From assembly GCA_033764955.1 (NCBI GenBank), contig JANRIL010000024.1, positions 32,001 through 96,000 on the forward strand: a stretch of 64,000 bases of DNA, given 5' to 3'. The notes under the pieces were generated by a model that did not search any database, was not told where the DNA came from, and saw nothing but the letters and a program-made list of their open reading frames with translations. Source of the DNA: Cyanobacteriota bacterium (GTDB taxonomy: Bacteria; Cyanobacteriota; Cyanobacteriia; Thermostichales; Thermostichaceae). The translations under genes and the position numbers were made by a program. Below, in pieces: positions 40,565-50,968 of this stretch; position 1 is the first letter of the stretch, and the number at the start of each line of letters is the position of its first letter.

Positions 40565-40600
40565 CAGGTGTCTCTAGAGTGGCGTAGCAAGGGGTAATAG

Positions 40601-41341
40601 GTGCAAGGGATCCCTAAACTGACTGAGCAGGTCGTTCACATTTGGCAGGTTGATTTAAGAGTATCTGATTTTGCGTTTGGATCCTTGTGGAATCTTTTAT
40701 CGGAGGAGGAACAATTCCGAGCCAATCAGTTCAAGGTAGAGCAAGCCAGAAGGACTTTTGTGATCGGGCGAGGCTGTCTACGGCGCATTTTAAGCGGCTA
40801 TGAGCAAACCGATCAGCCAGATCCTGCCAAGATTCAATTTATGTATAGCCAACAGGGTAAACCGAGTCTTTCCACGATATCTTCTGGGATCCCTTTGCGC
40901 TTTAATCTTTCCCATTCTCATCAGTTAGCCCTGATTGCAGTTGGTCTCAACGCCGAGATGGGCATTGACCTGGAATATATCCGCCCAACGGCAGTAGAGG
41001 CTCTGGTTCAGCGTTTTTTCGCCCCATCGGAGTCAGTTTTTTTGCAAGGATTAAAGGGGGAGATCCAGTTAAAAACTTTCTTTCGCTACTGGACTTGTAA
41101 AGAAGCCTATATCAAAGCCAGCGGACAACGGCTTAGTCAATCGCTTAGTCAAATCGTGATTCGGTTCGATCCGGTTAGCCCAGTTGGTTATCAAGCCTAC
41201 TGGCAAGGGATCCCGATTGAGCCGGATTGGTGGATGTATGAGGTTGCTTGTCCGCAAGACTATATGGCTACTCTAGTCATTGATCGACAGATTCAGAACC
41301 TTGACTATTTCGACGGGTTTCAGGGCGATTTTTGCCAGTAA
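40601..41341 (+). CDS. 4'-phosphopantetheinyl transferase (Sfp/HetI type)
   Basis: GKP, FNLSHS, GIDLE, WTCKEAYIKA. Confidence 0.92.
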   Translation: MQGIPKLTEQVVHIWQVDLRVSDFAFGSLWNLLSEEEQFRANQFKVEQARRTFVIGRGCLRRILSGYEQTDQPDPAKIQFMYSQQGKPSLSTISSGIPLRFNLSHSHQLALIAVGLNAEMGIDLEYIRPTAVEALVQRFFAPSESVFLQGLKGEIQLKTFFRYWTCKEAYIKASGQRLSQSLSQIVIRFDPVSPVGYQAYWQGIPIEPDWWMYEVACPQDYMATLVIDRQIQNLDYFDGFQGDFCQ

Positions 41342-41348
41342 GAGTTCT

Positions 41349-42215
41349 CTAAATGTTGCCTTCCAAACCGATCACTCGCTCGTGACCAGCATAAATATTA
41401 AAGCGATCTCCCCGTAAAAACCCAATCAGGGTCAAACCAAATTCGTTAGCCAATTGCACCGCTAAACTGCTCGGAGCCGAAACCGCACAAATCATCGGGA
41501 TCCCGGCGGCTAGACTTTTCTGCAAAATCTCATAACTGGTTCTCCCACTCACCATTAAAATAGACTGGCTCAAAGGAATTTGATCAGCTAAACAGGCAGC
41601 CCCGATGACCTTATCAAGGGCATTATGACGACCCACATCTTCTCGAAGCCACTGCAACCGTCCATCAGCGGTGAAGAGAGCAGCAGCGTGCAGACCCCCC
41701 GTGGAGAAAAATTGTTTTTGCGCTTTTTGTAATTGTTCCGGCAGTTGAGTAATCAAATCTGGAGATATTTGATAGGTGATGGATAAGGGTTGATAACCCC
41801 GTAAGCGCAGGTGGTCGAGATGGAGTTTGCCACAGACACCACAGGCACTATTTACTATAAAATGTCGCTCAAGTTTCCACAGTTCGGGTAGATCTTGGGT
41901 CGTCAATTCAACATTGACAATATTTTCCTGTTGATCGCCGTCTAATCCAGGATCCACACAATAACTTAATCGCTTCACATCCTGACCGGAATGGAGGATC
42001 CCTTCCGTCAATAAAAAGCCTGTGACCAAGTCAAAATCAGCCCCCGGAGTTCGCATGGTTAAAGCTAAGGTTCGGGGCGGATTCACCAGACGAATCTCCA
42101 AAGGTTCTTCAACCGAAACATAATCAAGATGAGGTGAAACCTGTTGGTTTTGAACTCGCCAGAGACGAATTTCGTGTTTATTTTTTTGCTTAGTTGGCTG
42201 TGACCCAGAGTTCAT
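41349..42215 (-). CDS. fdhD: Formate dehydrogenase accessory sulfurtransferase
   Basis: EEPLEI, MRTPG, CGVCG, TGGLHAA, EDVGRHNALDK. Confidence 0.92.
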   Translation of the reverse strand: MNSGSQPTKQKNKHEIRLWRVQNQQVSPHLDYVSVEEPLEIRLVNPPRTLALTMRTPGADFDLVTGFLLTEGILHSGQDVKRLSYCVDPGLDGDQQENIVNVELTTQDLPELWKLERHFIVNSACGVCGKLHLDHLRLRGYQPLSITYQISPDLITQLPEQLQKAQKQFFSTGGLHAAALFTADGRLQWLREDVGRHNALDKVIGAACLADQIPLSQSILMVSGRTSYEILQKSLAAGIPMICAVSAPSSLAVQLANEFGLTLIGFLRGDRFNIYAGHERVIGLEGNI

Positions 42216-42276
42216 TGTTAACACTCACCAGATAGGCCAGGGTTGATCACTCAGCAGACTGGATCCCCGGACTTGA

Positions 42277-42558
42277 CTAGGGATCCCGAAAGCTCTGCTC
42301 TTCGCCAGACATGGAGGAGGGATCCCGTTGATAGTCTGGGCAGCCCTGGCAGGGGCCAGATGGATTCACCGCACAGCGCAAAAAAGAAGTGTGGGCATTA
42401 AATAAGCAGGAGGGATCCCCGAGGGAAGGAGTCGGACTTTCCCAGACATGGTGACGCATCAACAGCACTTGCCGCCGCCACTCTTGCAAAAATCGCTGAT
42501 AGGCTCGCTCCCGCAGGGAGCGCAAGGCAATGGTATCCAATGGGGGGTCTTTGCTCAT
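42277..42558 (-). CDS. Small Cys-rich cyanobacterial protein (DUF6464-like)
   Basis: GDPSCLFNA...LRCAVNPSGPCQGC motif. Confidence 0.7.
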   Translation of the reverse strand: MSKDPPLDTIALRSLRERAYQRFLQEWRRQVLLMRHHVWESPTPSLGDPSCLFNAHTSFLRCAVNPSGPCQGCPDYQRDPSSMSGEEQSFRDP

Positions 42559-42825
42559 CAGGCACAGGGGAAGCACGTTGTTCTGTGTTCGACTAAACGA
42601 TAGTCTATTCAAGTAATAGCTATGAAATACAGCTTATCCCTAGACTACTGAACACAGCCCTCACCCCCAACCCCCTACAAGATTAGCCCTAAAAAGGGGG
42701 GAACCGGATGCAAAGTCCCTCTTTTTAAGGGGGATTTGGGGGGATCCCGATCCCTCGCGTGTCATCGATAATTTGTGAACAAGCTGTAGCAGCACCAAGG
42801 TAAGAAAAACTACGTTTTGCTACTT

Positions 42826-43896
42826 TTATTGAATGATTAAATGATCCGACAGCTCAATATTCACAATCGTATTGGGTTTTAGCGTAACCACACGATCTAT
42901 ATTGGTGGTGCCCGCCGCGGCTCCCGCCATGCTGCCAGCGACAATCGGCAGCAAGCCAAATCCCCCCGTTAGGATCCCTAGTGCTAGCCCGCCTGCGGCT
43001 CCATAGCCAGCTCCCCGCACCACCGTTGTACCCAAGTCTGCTTGGGGATCCATACCCATAGGAAGCAGATCGGACTGACCATTTAATAGATAAGTGGAGG
43101 TTTGTACCGTGACGCGATTCGCCACAAAACGAGTGCCAATCAGCTTATCCTCAACCTCAGCGTTGTCCCCATCAGAGTTGAGGGGACGCCGTTTTTCTAC
43201 CACGGGCTCAAAGGTTCCCCAGACAACGCTGCCCGCCGGGATCACCACCTGACCAAACCGATCCACCACAGGCTCAGATACCTCTAGGTTACCGTTGATC
43301 GCTTGAAAAGGAGGAAAGGTGATTTCTCGATAAACTGTCAAGGGCAGCATGGTGCCAGGGGCTAGTTCCCCCCGGCTGGCTTGGTCAGCTACGGATCCAG
43401 GGGCAATTCCGGGTTGCCGTTGATAAGTATAGGCATCGCTGGTCGCCGCCGGAGCCACAGGCACCACAGGGATAGCGGGATCCACCGGATTGCTGATCAC
43501 CGCTTGATTGGGAACAGGGGGAAGGGGTTGGCTGGGGGATAGTGTGGGATCCAAGGGCAGAGAGGGCAGTGGGGTGGAATAAACCACCTGTTCTTGGCTC
43601 TCTGGCAAAATCGGCAGGGTGGGAATAGTCCCTTCGGCGGGCATGGTGGATAAATTGGGGTCTGCCGCGGTTGGGTTTACCGTCGACGTATCAACTGTCG
43701 GTTTGGTAAAGTCAAATTCTTGTGCGTAGCTGATAGAGGTGCTAAACAGACTCCAGGCAACCAGGTGGTGGGTGAGAAGTAATACCGAAGCTAAACGACG
43801 CATCATCAAGTTCCCCTTGCTGCGGATCGACATAGGCTGGCAGTAGCTTAACACCCTCGTGCCCATTTGCCTACTATATGTAGTAGACTTAACCAC
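42826..43896 (-). CDS. Exported hypothetical protein (Pro-rich linker, Gly-zipper C-terminus); start probably near 43806
   Basis: Long ORF with a signal peptide and GAAGGLALG. Confidence 0.7.
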   Translation of the reverse strand: MVKSTTYSRQMGTRVLSYCQPMSIRSKGNLMMRRLASVLLLTHHLVAWSLFSTSISYAQEFDFTKPTVDTSTVNPTAADPNLSTMPAEGTIPTLPILPESQEQVVYSTPLPSLPLDPTLSPSQPLPPVPNQAVISNPVDPAIPVVPVAPAATSDAYTYQRQPGIAPGSVADQASRGELAPGTMLPLTVYREITFPPFQAINGNLEVSEPVVDRFGQVVIPAGSVVWGTFEPVVEKRRPLNSDGDNAEVEDKLIGTRFVANRVTVQTSTYLLNGQSDLLPMGMDPQADLGTTVVRGAGYGAAGGLALGILTGGFGLLPIVAGSMAGAAAGTTNIDRVVTLKPNTIVNIELSDHLIIQ

Positions 43897-43986
43897 CTTA
43901 ATCTAAGGTTTGCCACTAAATGCCGCAGGGATCCATTTGCTGTTCAAGAGTAGGAAATAATCAGGCAGGATCATCGGGAGCTAGGG

Positions 43987-44601
43987 ATGCTGTTGGATGC
44001 CTTAATCTTGGCGGGGGGAGAGAGTTCTCGCATGGGATCCGACAAAGCGCTCCTGGATTGGCAGGGGGAGCCCATGCTGCGGTGGGTGGCTAGGGCGGCG
44101 GCTAGCTGCTGTGAGCATATTTACGTGCTCACCACTTGGGCGGAACGCTATCAAGCCATTGCCGATGACGACTGGATATTTTTGCCGGAATCCCAAACCC
44201 GCCGTGGCGCGCTCTTAGCCTTTGCCGAGGGGTTCCACCAGATCATGGAGCACCCAAACCGAGCTACCACCTCTCCAGCCGAACGCTGGGTATTGCTGCT
44301 GGCTTGTGATTTACCCCGCCTGGATCCCTCGATCCTCCGGTTGTGGAGTCAACAAATTCCCCCACTTTCCCCGACTGTGCAGGCGCTTGTGCCGTGGCGC
44401 TCCGGCTATTGGGATCCCTTATGTGGGTTTTATCGGTTCACCTGTCACCCCTCGCTAGCCGCTTTTGTTGAGGCGGGGGGGCGCTCCTTTCAGCGTTGGT
44501 TGGAGGAACTGCCCGCTCATCCCCTCCACCCGACGGATCTGGAAGCCTTGATGCTCTGGAATTGCAACTATCCTGCGGATCTGATCTTGCCGAACATTTA
44601 G
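43987..44601 (+). CDS. mobA: Molybdenum cofactor guanylyltransferase
   Basis: ILAGGESSRMGSDKALL, LACDLP, NCNYPAD. Confidence 0.93.
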   Translation: MLLDALILAGGESSRMGSDKALLDWQGEPMLRWVARAAASCCEHIYVLTTWAERYQAIADDDWIFLPESQTRRGALLAFAEGFHQIMEHPNRATTSPAERWVLLLACDLPRLDPSILRLWSQQIPPLSPTVQALVPWRSGYWDPLCGFYRFTCHPSLAAFVEAGGRSFQRWLEELPAHPLHPTDLEALMLWNCNYPADLILPNI

Positions 44602-44825
44602 GTCAGGTTGAAGGAGGGATCCCTTATCGGCTTTTAGAACTCATTAATCAGGCGGAATTCAACCAAGATTTTCAGTTTCTTAAGGAGTTTGAGGCTCAAT
44701 AATTGTTGTCTCTGGCACCTCTCCAATTTGCTATCTGTTGCGCATTAATGACCAAGACCAGCGGCGGCAAACAACCTCGGCAACTTGACCAAGACTCTCG
44801 ACCATCTGCTTCGTCGACAGGTTAT

Positions 44826-45170
44826 ATGGTCATGCATGCGTTTCCAGGTACCGTCATCCCGCCACTAGCGAAAGTAGTAGTAGACGGTGGAGGAGGGAGG
44901 AAAGTCTTTGGGCAATAAACGCCACACACAGCCAGCAACCAGAATATAGAGGATTGCCTGCAACACCTGGCATCAGTTGACTTGTCTGGAACGACCAACG
45001 TCCTTGGGGGGGAAGTAATGAGGCTAAGAGATCCCATTGGTCGGGGGTGAGGTCACTGGCATAGACTGGATGCATCGCTCTTTGGGGAGCTGTAGTTGGA
45101 AATTTCAGCCTAAACCCCAAGGAGTTTTTCTCCCCCTTGTATCTTTTGTTGAGTTTCCAAACATCCTCTC
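44826..45170 (-). mobile_element. Truncated, frameshifted IS5-family transposase remnant with left end
   Basis: MHPVYASDLTPDQWDLL, then in other frames LPKDFPP and VYYYFR*WRDDGTW; end sequence GAGAGGATGTTTGGAAACT at 45170. Confidence 0.75.
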
Positions 45171-45293
45171 AAACTGGATGCCGATTGTCTCAACCGACCA
45201 TCTTCAAGAATGTCCTCAGAGACTGCCTGAGAAGCCTAACAAGTTACGCTTCAGCCAGCCGCTACCATAACAGCCACGGATTACCTGCAAAAA

Positions 45294-46043
45294 ATGATCG
45301 ATATGTCAACTCCCACGTCAGAAGGGCTACCCAGGGATCCGGATCCCTCAGTAACCGTCTCCGTTGCTCGTCGCGTCAAACCGGGATGTGAGGCTGAGTT
45401 TGAGGCTTTTTTAGTAGGAATTACGACGGCTTGTCGTCAATTTCCGGGCTACTTGGGCAGTCAGATGTTTCCGCCCGTCAATCATCAAGATCCCGAATAT
45501 CGGGTGATGTTTACGTTTGATCGTCTCAGCAACCTACGCCGTTGGGAAGCATCGGCTGAGCGTCAGGCTTGGTTTGCGAGAGCCGAACCCCTCACCCTCA
45601 GTCCCCCACAAATTCAGGTGCTAACTGGGTTGGAAAGCTGGTTTACGCTCCCAGGAAAGCCCGCCATCACCCCTCCCCCTCGTTACAAGATGGCAGTGGT
45701 GACCTGGCTGACAGTTTTTCCTCTGATCACGTTGATCTCTGAAATCCTCCAGCCCATTCTCGGACAATTACCCCTGGTGGAGCGGGTTGCCTTGGTGACT
45801 GGGATTGCAGTTCCAGTTATGACCTATCTGCTCATGCCCCAAGTGACGAAATGGGCGGCGGGTTGGCTGTATGCTGAAGAAAGCATCCCACCATCCCCAA
45901 CGGATGAACCACTCACCCCGGAAGAACAGGAGCTAGGAGCAATCCCCTCAATCCTATTCTCCTCCTTGCCCATAACCGATAAACAGCCTGCCCCGGAAGA
46001 ACGGGATCCCGATCCCATTCACCCGTCTTTCTTCACAAGCTGA
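45294..46043 (+). CDS. ABM-like domain membrane protein
   Basis: RRVKPG..FE, FPGYLG, WEASAER, GLESWF, PPRYKMA, two TM helices. Confidence 0.75.
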   Translation: MIDMSTPTSEGLPRDPDPSVTVSVARRVKPGCEAEFEAFLVGITTACRQFPGYLGSQMFPPVNHQDPEYRVMFTFDRLSNLRRWEASAERQAWFARAEPLTLSPPQIQVLTGLESWFTLPGKPAITPPPRYKMAVVTWLTVFPLITLISEILQPILGQLPLVERVALVTGIAVPVMTYLLMPQVTKWAAGWLYAEESIPPSPTDEPLTPEEQELGAIPSILFSSLPITDKQPAPEERDPDPIHPSFFTS

Positions 46044-46175
46044 AGCCCTATCGATATCTGTTTTCTCGTTTTGACAAGGCCGAGAAAGGATGGGCTTGTC
46101 AGAAAGGGCAAGTCTGAGCAAAATTATGGAAGAATCCTTAAATCTTTTACCGTCGCGCGCAAGGAAGCTCTTACT

Positions 46176-46457
46176 GTGTCCACCGAGGTTCTCGTCAAGA
46201 GTTCAACAGCCCGAAAACACATGCCCATGTATCGGGTGTTGCTGCATAACGACGACTTTAATTCGATGGAGCATGTCGTCGAGGTATTAATTGCCACTAT
46301 TCCCGGAATGCAGCCCCCCCAAGCCACCGAAATCATGTTGGAAGCCCACAATAATGGCATGGCGGTGGTGATTATTGTTCCCCAGGAGCACGCTGAGTTT
46401 TATTGTGAACAACTGAAACTGCATGGGTTGTTTAGCTCGATTGAACCGGAGTGCTAA
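46176..46457 (+). CDS. clpS: Clp protease adaptor ClpS
   Basis: YRVLLHNDDFNSMEHVV, EHAEFY; GTG start inferred. Confidence 0.93.
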   Translation: MSTEVLVKSSTARKHMPMYRVLLHNDDFNSMEHVVEVLIATIPGMQPPQATEIMLEAHNNGMAVVIIVPQEHAEFYCEQLKLHGLFSSIEPEC

Positions 46458-46460
46458 GGG

Positions 46461-47282
46461 GTGTCTATCCTCTTGACTTGGCCGTTTCCGCTACGGTTTC
46501 TGACCTTTTTGTTGGTATTAGTGCTGGGTTGGTTGCCCATAGCCGCTCTTTTGTGGTTGAGCATCCCCCCCGCACGAGATTATGTCTGGATTCCGCTCTA
46601 CGCATGGTTGCTGATCCTGTTGTGGCAGTGGGGATCCCGTGTCTGGCGGTATGAGCGCCCTTTTATCTCTTATGGTTTGACGGGGGATCCCTTGTTTCGT
46701 CAAGAGTTAGGGTTGGGTTTGCTGCTGGGGGTAGTGGGTCTCTTTTTGCTATTTGGACTGCAAGGCTGGTTGGGCTGGTTGGAATGGCAGCCGATCGAGG
46801 GCATGACGTTGATCCTCACCCTGGGAGTGGGCTTGGTTTTGGGTCTGGGGGTGGCGCTGGTGGAGGAATTGGTGTTTCGCGGCTGGCTACTTAACGAACT
46901 GCGCCAGGATTACGGTCTGTGGAGGGGAGCCTTCATCAGTGCCCTGATTTTTGCGATAGCCCATTTTCTTAAGCCGTTGCCCCAGACTATCGAAAGTTGG
47001 CCGCAGTTTCCGGGCTTATGGATAATGGGTTGGCTGTTGGTGGAGGCTCGTCAGGAGCGGGGAGATCGCCTCAGTTTAGGCATGGGATTACATGCGGGCT
47101 GGATCTGGGGGATTACGTTGGTGAATACCCTGGGTTGGGTGGAATATACGCAGCGAGTGCCTGCCTGGGTAACAGGGGTGGGGGGCAATCCGTTGGCGGG
47201 CATCCTAGGAGTCTTGTTTTTGCTTTTGACCAGCCAAGGCTTGAAAATGTTGCCGAATCGACTGTGGCCTGCTGGGGAATGA
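46461..47282 (+). CDS. CPBP (CAAX/Abi) intramembrane metalloprotease
   Basis: EELVFRG, FAIAH, GLHAGW. Confidence 0.88.
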   Translation: MSILLTWPFPLRFLTFLLVLVLGWLPIAALLWLSIPPARDYVWIPLYAWLLILLWQWGSRVWRYERPFISYGLTGDPLFRQELGLGLLLGVVGLFLLFGLQGWLGWLEWQPIEGMTLILTLGVGLVLGLGVALVEELVFRGWLLNELRQDYGLWRGAFISALIFAIAHFLKPLPQTIESWPQFPGLWIMGWLLVEARQERGDRLSLGMGLHAGWIWGITLVNTLGWVEYTQRVPAWVTGVGGNPLAGILGVLFLLLTSQGLKMLPNRLWPAGE

Positions 47283-47329
47283 GCGCCAACTAGGCTAAGA
47301 TTTCTTCGCACCGCTTCCTCAGGGTAGGG

Positions 47330-48307
47330 ATGGATCCCGTTCAACTATTGGCTATTTTGGCAACGGCGATTGCCACCTCGACTCCCTTGGTTTTGGCTTG
47401 TTTGGGGGAAACCATCAGTGAGCGAGCGGGGGTGATCAACCTCTCGGCGGAAGGAACCATCATGCTGGGAGCCATGACCGGATTTGCGGCAGCTTATGCC
47501 ACAGGTCAGATCTGGTTGGGCTTTTTGGCGGCGGCAGGGGTGGGGGCGGGGGTAGCGCTGATTGTCGCCTTCGCCGCCATCACTCTCCAGCAATCTCAGA
47601 TCGCCATTGGCTTTGTTTTGGCTCTGTGGGCGGCGGATCTCTCCTCTTTTTTGGGCAACGCTTTTGTGCGGATCCCAGGGCCGACAGTCCCCAGTTGGAA
47701 GCTACCTATCCTGCACCAAATTCCTGGAGTGGGATCCCTTTTGTTCGCCAGTGATGGCTTGGTCTACCTCACCTACCTGCTGATTGCCATCAGCAGTATC
47801 TTCTTCTATCGCACCCGTGCTGGTTTGGTGTTGCGGATGATTGGAGAACAGCCAGCGGCTGCTTTTGCCCGTGGGATCCCTGTGGTCTATTGGCGCTATT
47901 TTTATACCCTACTGGGGGGAAGCTTGCTCGGTATCGCCGGGGCTGCTTTTTCCCTCGACTTTAAGGCAGGCTGGAGTCACCGTCATACGGCAGGTTATGG
48001 CTGGATTGCCCTAGCGATTGTGATTTTTGGGGGTTGGGATCCCCTCAAGTCTGCCCTGGGAGCCTATTTGTTTGGCATCCTGCAATCGTTGGCCAGTGTT
48101 GCTCAAAGTCAGATTCGGTTTATCCCCACCCAGGTATTTAGTGTGGCTCCCTTTGTTGTGATGATCTTGGTGCTGGTCTTGACTTCTGGACAATGGCTAG
48201 AGCGATTGTTGGATCCCTTGCCCTACCATTGGCGACATCGATTGCTGAAAATTCTTCGATCGACTCCCCCTGCTGCATTGGGTCAAAGTTTCAACCCTGA
48301 TCCCTAA
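47330..48307 (+). CDS. ABC permease (nucleoside/sugar BPD_transp_2 type)
   Basis: GETISERAGVINL, GYGWIALAIVIFGGW. Confidence 0.88.
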   Translation: MDPVQLLAILATAIATSTPLVLACLGETISERAGVINLSAEGTIMLGAMTGFAAAYATGQIWLGFLAAAGVGAGVALIVAFAAITLQQSQIAIGFVLALWAADLSSFLGNAFVRIPGPTVPSWKLPILHQIPGVGSLLFASDGLVYLTYLLIAISSIFFYRTRAGLVLRMIGEQPAAAFARGIPVVYWRYFYTLLGGSLLGIAGAAFSLDFKAGWSHRHTAGYGWIALAIVIFGGWDPLKSALGAYLFGILQSLASVAQSQIRFIPTQVFSVAPFVVMILVLVLTSGQWLERLLDPLPYHWRHRLLKILRSTPPAALGQSFNPDP

Positions 48308-48359
48308 CCATGAAAGCTTAGGGTAAATTTGCCAATGCTTAATCCCCCAAAATCTTCGA

Positions 48360-48893
48360 TTAAGGAAGGTGCTTAACCAAAAGAGTTTGGGTAGGAAATC
48401 CTAACCAACACCAAGCATGACGAATTTGGAGTAGGGAACGATAATGAAGCTGCTGATAAAGCCCATAAGCAGCATGGTTATTGCTCAATACATGCAGATA
48501 AAGACTGCGATATCCCCAAACTTGCACAACCCCTTCAGCCGAAAGCAGCAACTGCCGACCCACCCCCTGCCGTTGCCATTCGGGTAGCACAGCCAAGTTA
48601 GAAATATAGGGCAGTTGTCCCCGCCCTGCCATCCAGGAGAGGTAACGCAAAGAAATCTCCAACGTGCCAATAATCTGATTTCCCTGCCAGGCTGCTAAGC
48701 AACAATAATGGAGATGTCGAGAGGAGAATCGCTGCTTTAGATCCTCTCGGATACCGATTTTGCGAATGGGAAAGAGCAGTTTCTGCAACCCCCGTGGGGG
48801 ATGAAAGGCTTGGGCCAAAACTTCCGCCAATTCAGGCAAATCGGCAACTGTTGCCGGATAGATGGACAACGATTGTGGAGGGGTAAATAGCAA
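48360..48893 (-). CDS. GNAT acetyltransferase
   Basis: YISNLAV...QRQGVG, LYLHV..N. Confidence 0.85.
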   Translation of the reverse strand: MLFTPPQSLSIYPATVADLPELAEVLAQAFHPPRGLQKLLFPIRKIGIREDLKQRFSSRHLHYCCLAAWQGNQIIGTLEISLRYLSWMAGRGQLPYISNLAVLPEWQRQGVGRQLLLSAEGVVQVWGYRSLYLHVLSNNHAAYGLYQQLHYRSLLQIRHAWCWLGFPTQTLLVKHLP

Positions 48894-49079
48894 AGCCCTG
48901 AGATTTTACAATGGCATCGCTACTATCTTGACCTAACCCGACAGGTCAACGCCGCTCATAAACAAAAAGTTTTTGTTAACTTACCACGGTTTATCTCATC
49001 GATCCTGTCCACGGATCTTGACGAGAGGGGAATCAGCCAGTAGAAAACTAGGGATCCCAACGCAATCCCATAGATACAA

Positions 49080-49112
49080 TCAAAAGCGATGGCCGAGTTT
49101 AGACCATCGCCT
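49080..49112 (-). terminator. Intrinsic terminator-like hairpin
   Basis: gcgatgg/ccatcgc stem followed by tttt on the minus strand. Confidence 0.5.
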
Positions 49113-49458
49113 CCGATTATTTTATCGACATTCATGAAAAACAGATGTTTTTAGAGAACAGCCTCTAGGCTGTGATGAAGAGAAACTAATTCAGTTGTGG
49201 TAGCTTTTGTAGCCTCTTGCAGACAAAATACAGACAAAAAGGTAAACAAGGGTTAGACAATCACTAGACAAAAGTCATGGACAAAAGAAACAAAACCAAA
49301 ACAAATGTCTTGTTTGAGCCTTCCTCGTTCTCATCATGACTCTCCCCGGTTAGAGGCTAATTATCTAGCCTAACCAGATGCTGAATCCTCTTACGTTGGC
49401 AGAACCCATGACCAGCCGCGACCCTAGTGACCAGAAAGCCTAACTCGCAAGCTCCCTG

Positions 49459-49614
49459 TTACTCTAAGTCACTGGCATAGCACGTTGAACCATCACGCTT
49501 ATAAATATCATCCGTGATGGGCTGAAATCCTACTTTCTGTAGATCTGATTCCGCAGGAGCAAACACACGAACAATAGCCTTAGCTATTTGCTGAAAGAAC
49601 CGCAACATAATCAT
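49459..49614 (-). CDS. 51-aa small protein resembling a conserved cyanobacterial RIFxP...GxQP family
   Basis: SD aggagg; MIMLRFFQQIAKAIVRVFAPAESDLQKVGFQPITDDIYKRDGSTCYASDLE. Confidence 0.65.
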   Translation of the reverse strand: MIMLRFFQQIAKAIVRVFAPAESDLQKVGFQPITDDIYKRDGSTCYASDLE

Positions 49615-50690
49615 GCCCTCCTAAAGCGACACTACTTGGGTTCTGCTCAAGCTTGACAACACTTATCCTAAATTAACCTCGGAATAAAGTGTTATGGGTG
49701 ACGATGGAATGCTCAACAATGACGATAGACTTATTTTGGCTCACTATAAAAGCAAAAGCACTCAGCTAATCAATCTCAATCTTTAATGAAGAGAAAAATT
49801 GAAGTTCAAACAAGATGTTAATCATAACTCTTGATGATTAATCTTGATGGCTGACTTCCGTGAAACATGAAGGGAGAAACGATTAGCCAATGTGATTTGC
49901 TGTGAGTCTATTGCTTGCCGGATCTAATACTTCGGGATCCGAAATCGGGTCTGAGTTTAGGCTGTAGTAAACATCAGAGGGAAGGGTGATCGACAGAGTA
50001 TAGATCGACTGATTTGAACCAACCAGATTGATAACCTCCTTTCCAGAAACCCTACATCCTTAATATAGTTATTTCAACTTCTCATGACAAGTGAATGCAA
50101 ATGTTCTTAACGAGCGAAGTCAATCCTTAACCTATGCTATGAAATCCTCTATCAATCCCCTCAAGTTTCTGCAATATTATCCAGCCTGCTGACTAGATGT
50201 AGTATCATATTAAAGCCTTTACGCCAATCAAAGCTTTGCCTAGAGGGAGTTTTCGATTCTTTTAGGCTGAATAACTATTCACCACAAAAACTGGGATCCT
50301 CAGAGCAGGCCCACTAGCCTGTGGTTAATTGATGATTAATTTATGTGGCCATTTTGCCACTTTCATCAGACTCTTCTACCGTCTTTATGCTAAAATTCAA
50401 TAGCCTCCTATTTGAAATTAGACTTCCACGTCAAATCCTTTCAGCTCTACTTGCTTCCGCCTGATATCCCTTACTGGATATCTCTTCATAAGATCTCGCG
50501 CAAGTGTCATGAAATCTGGGTAAATCTGTGGGAATCTGGCTTTGTTAAGGGAGGGGAAGGAGCTTTACGACTTGTTTGCCGGCTCACCCTTGTTTCCTTT
50601 ACATTTTGTAATTTCCTGAGACCGGATCCCACCCATGTTAAACTCTGTTGCAATGCTGAGTCATTGCGTTTTCTGAGGACACACTTACCT

Positions 50691-50828
50691 ATGCAAGCCA
50701 TGCTCCTGTTGGCTAGCCTGCCCGAAGGCTACGAACTGTTTGATCCCCTCGTGGATTTGCTGCCTGTGATTCCCCTGCTATTTTTCCTGCTAGCCTTTGT
50801 TTGGCAAGCAGCGGTTGGATTTAAGTAA
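50691..50828 (+). CDS. psbK: Photosystem II protein K
   Basis: [36 protein letters not shown]; start at ATG 50691. Confidence 0.97.
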   Translation: MQAMLLLASLPEGYELFDPLVDLLPVIPLLFFLLAFVWQAAVGFK

Positions 50829-50968
50829 AATGATGATCTAGCTGGGATCCTTCCTCCCCTTTGAATGACCTGTAGGACTTCAGAAGGAGCGTGCAAAGGG
50901 ATCCCTATCCAGTCTAAAATTTTTCAGGTCGGGCGCAAGTCCGGCCTTTTTGAGTGGAGTGAAAGGGG

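Noticed and set aside
49221..49305. CRISPR array or oriC
   Set aside because: Units are only about 11 bp with no spacer-length unique segments, and I saw no DnaA-box cluster.
50412..50690. N-terminally extended 138-aa PsbK
   Set aside because: Canonical PsbK length fits the ATG at 50691; the extension is probably promoter/UTR.
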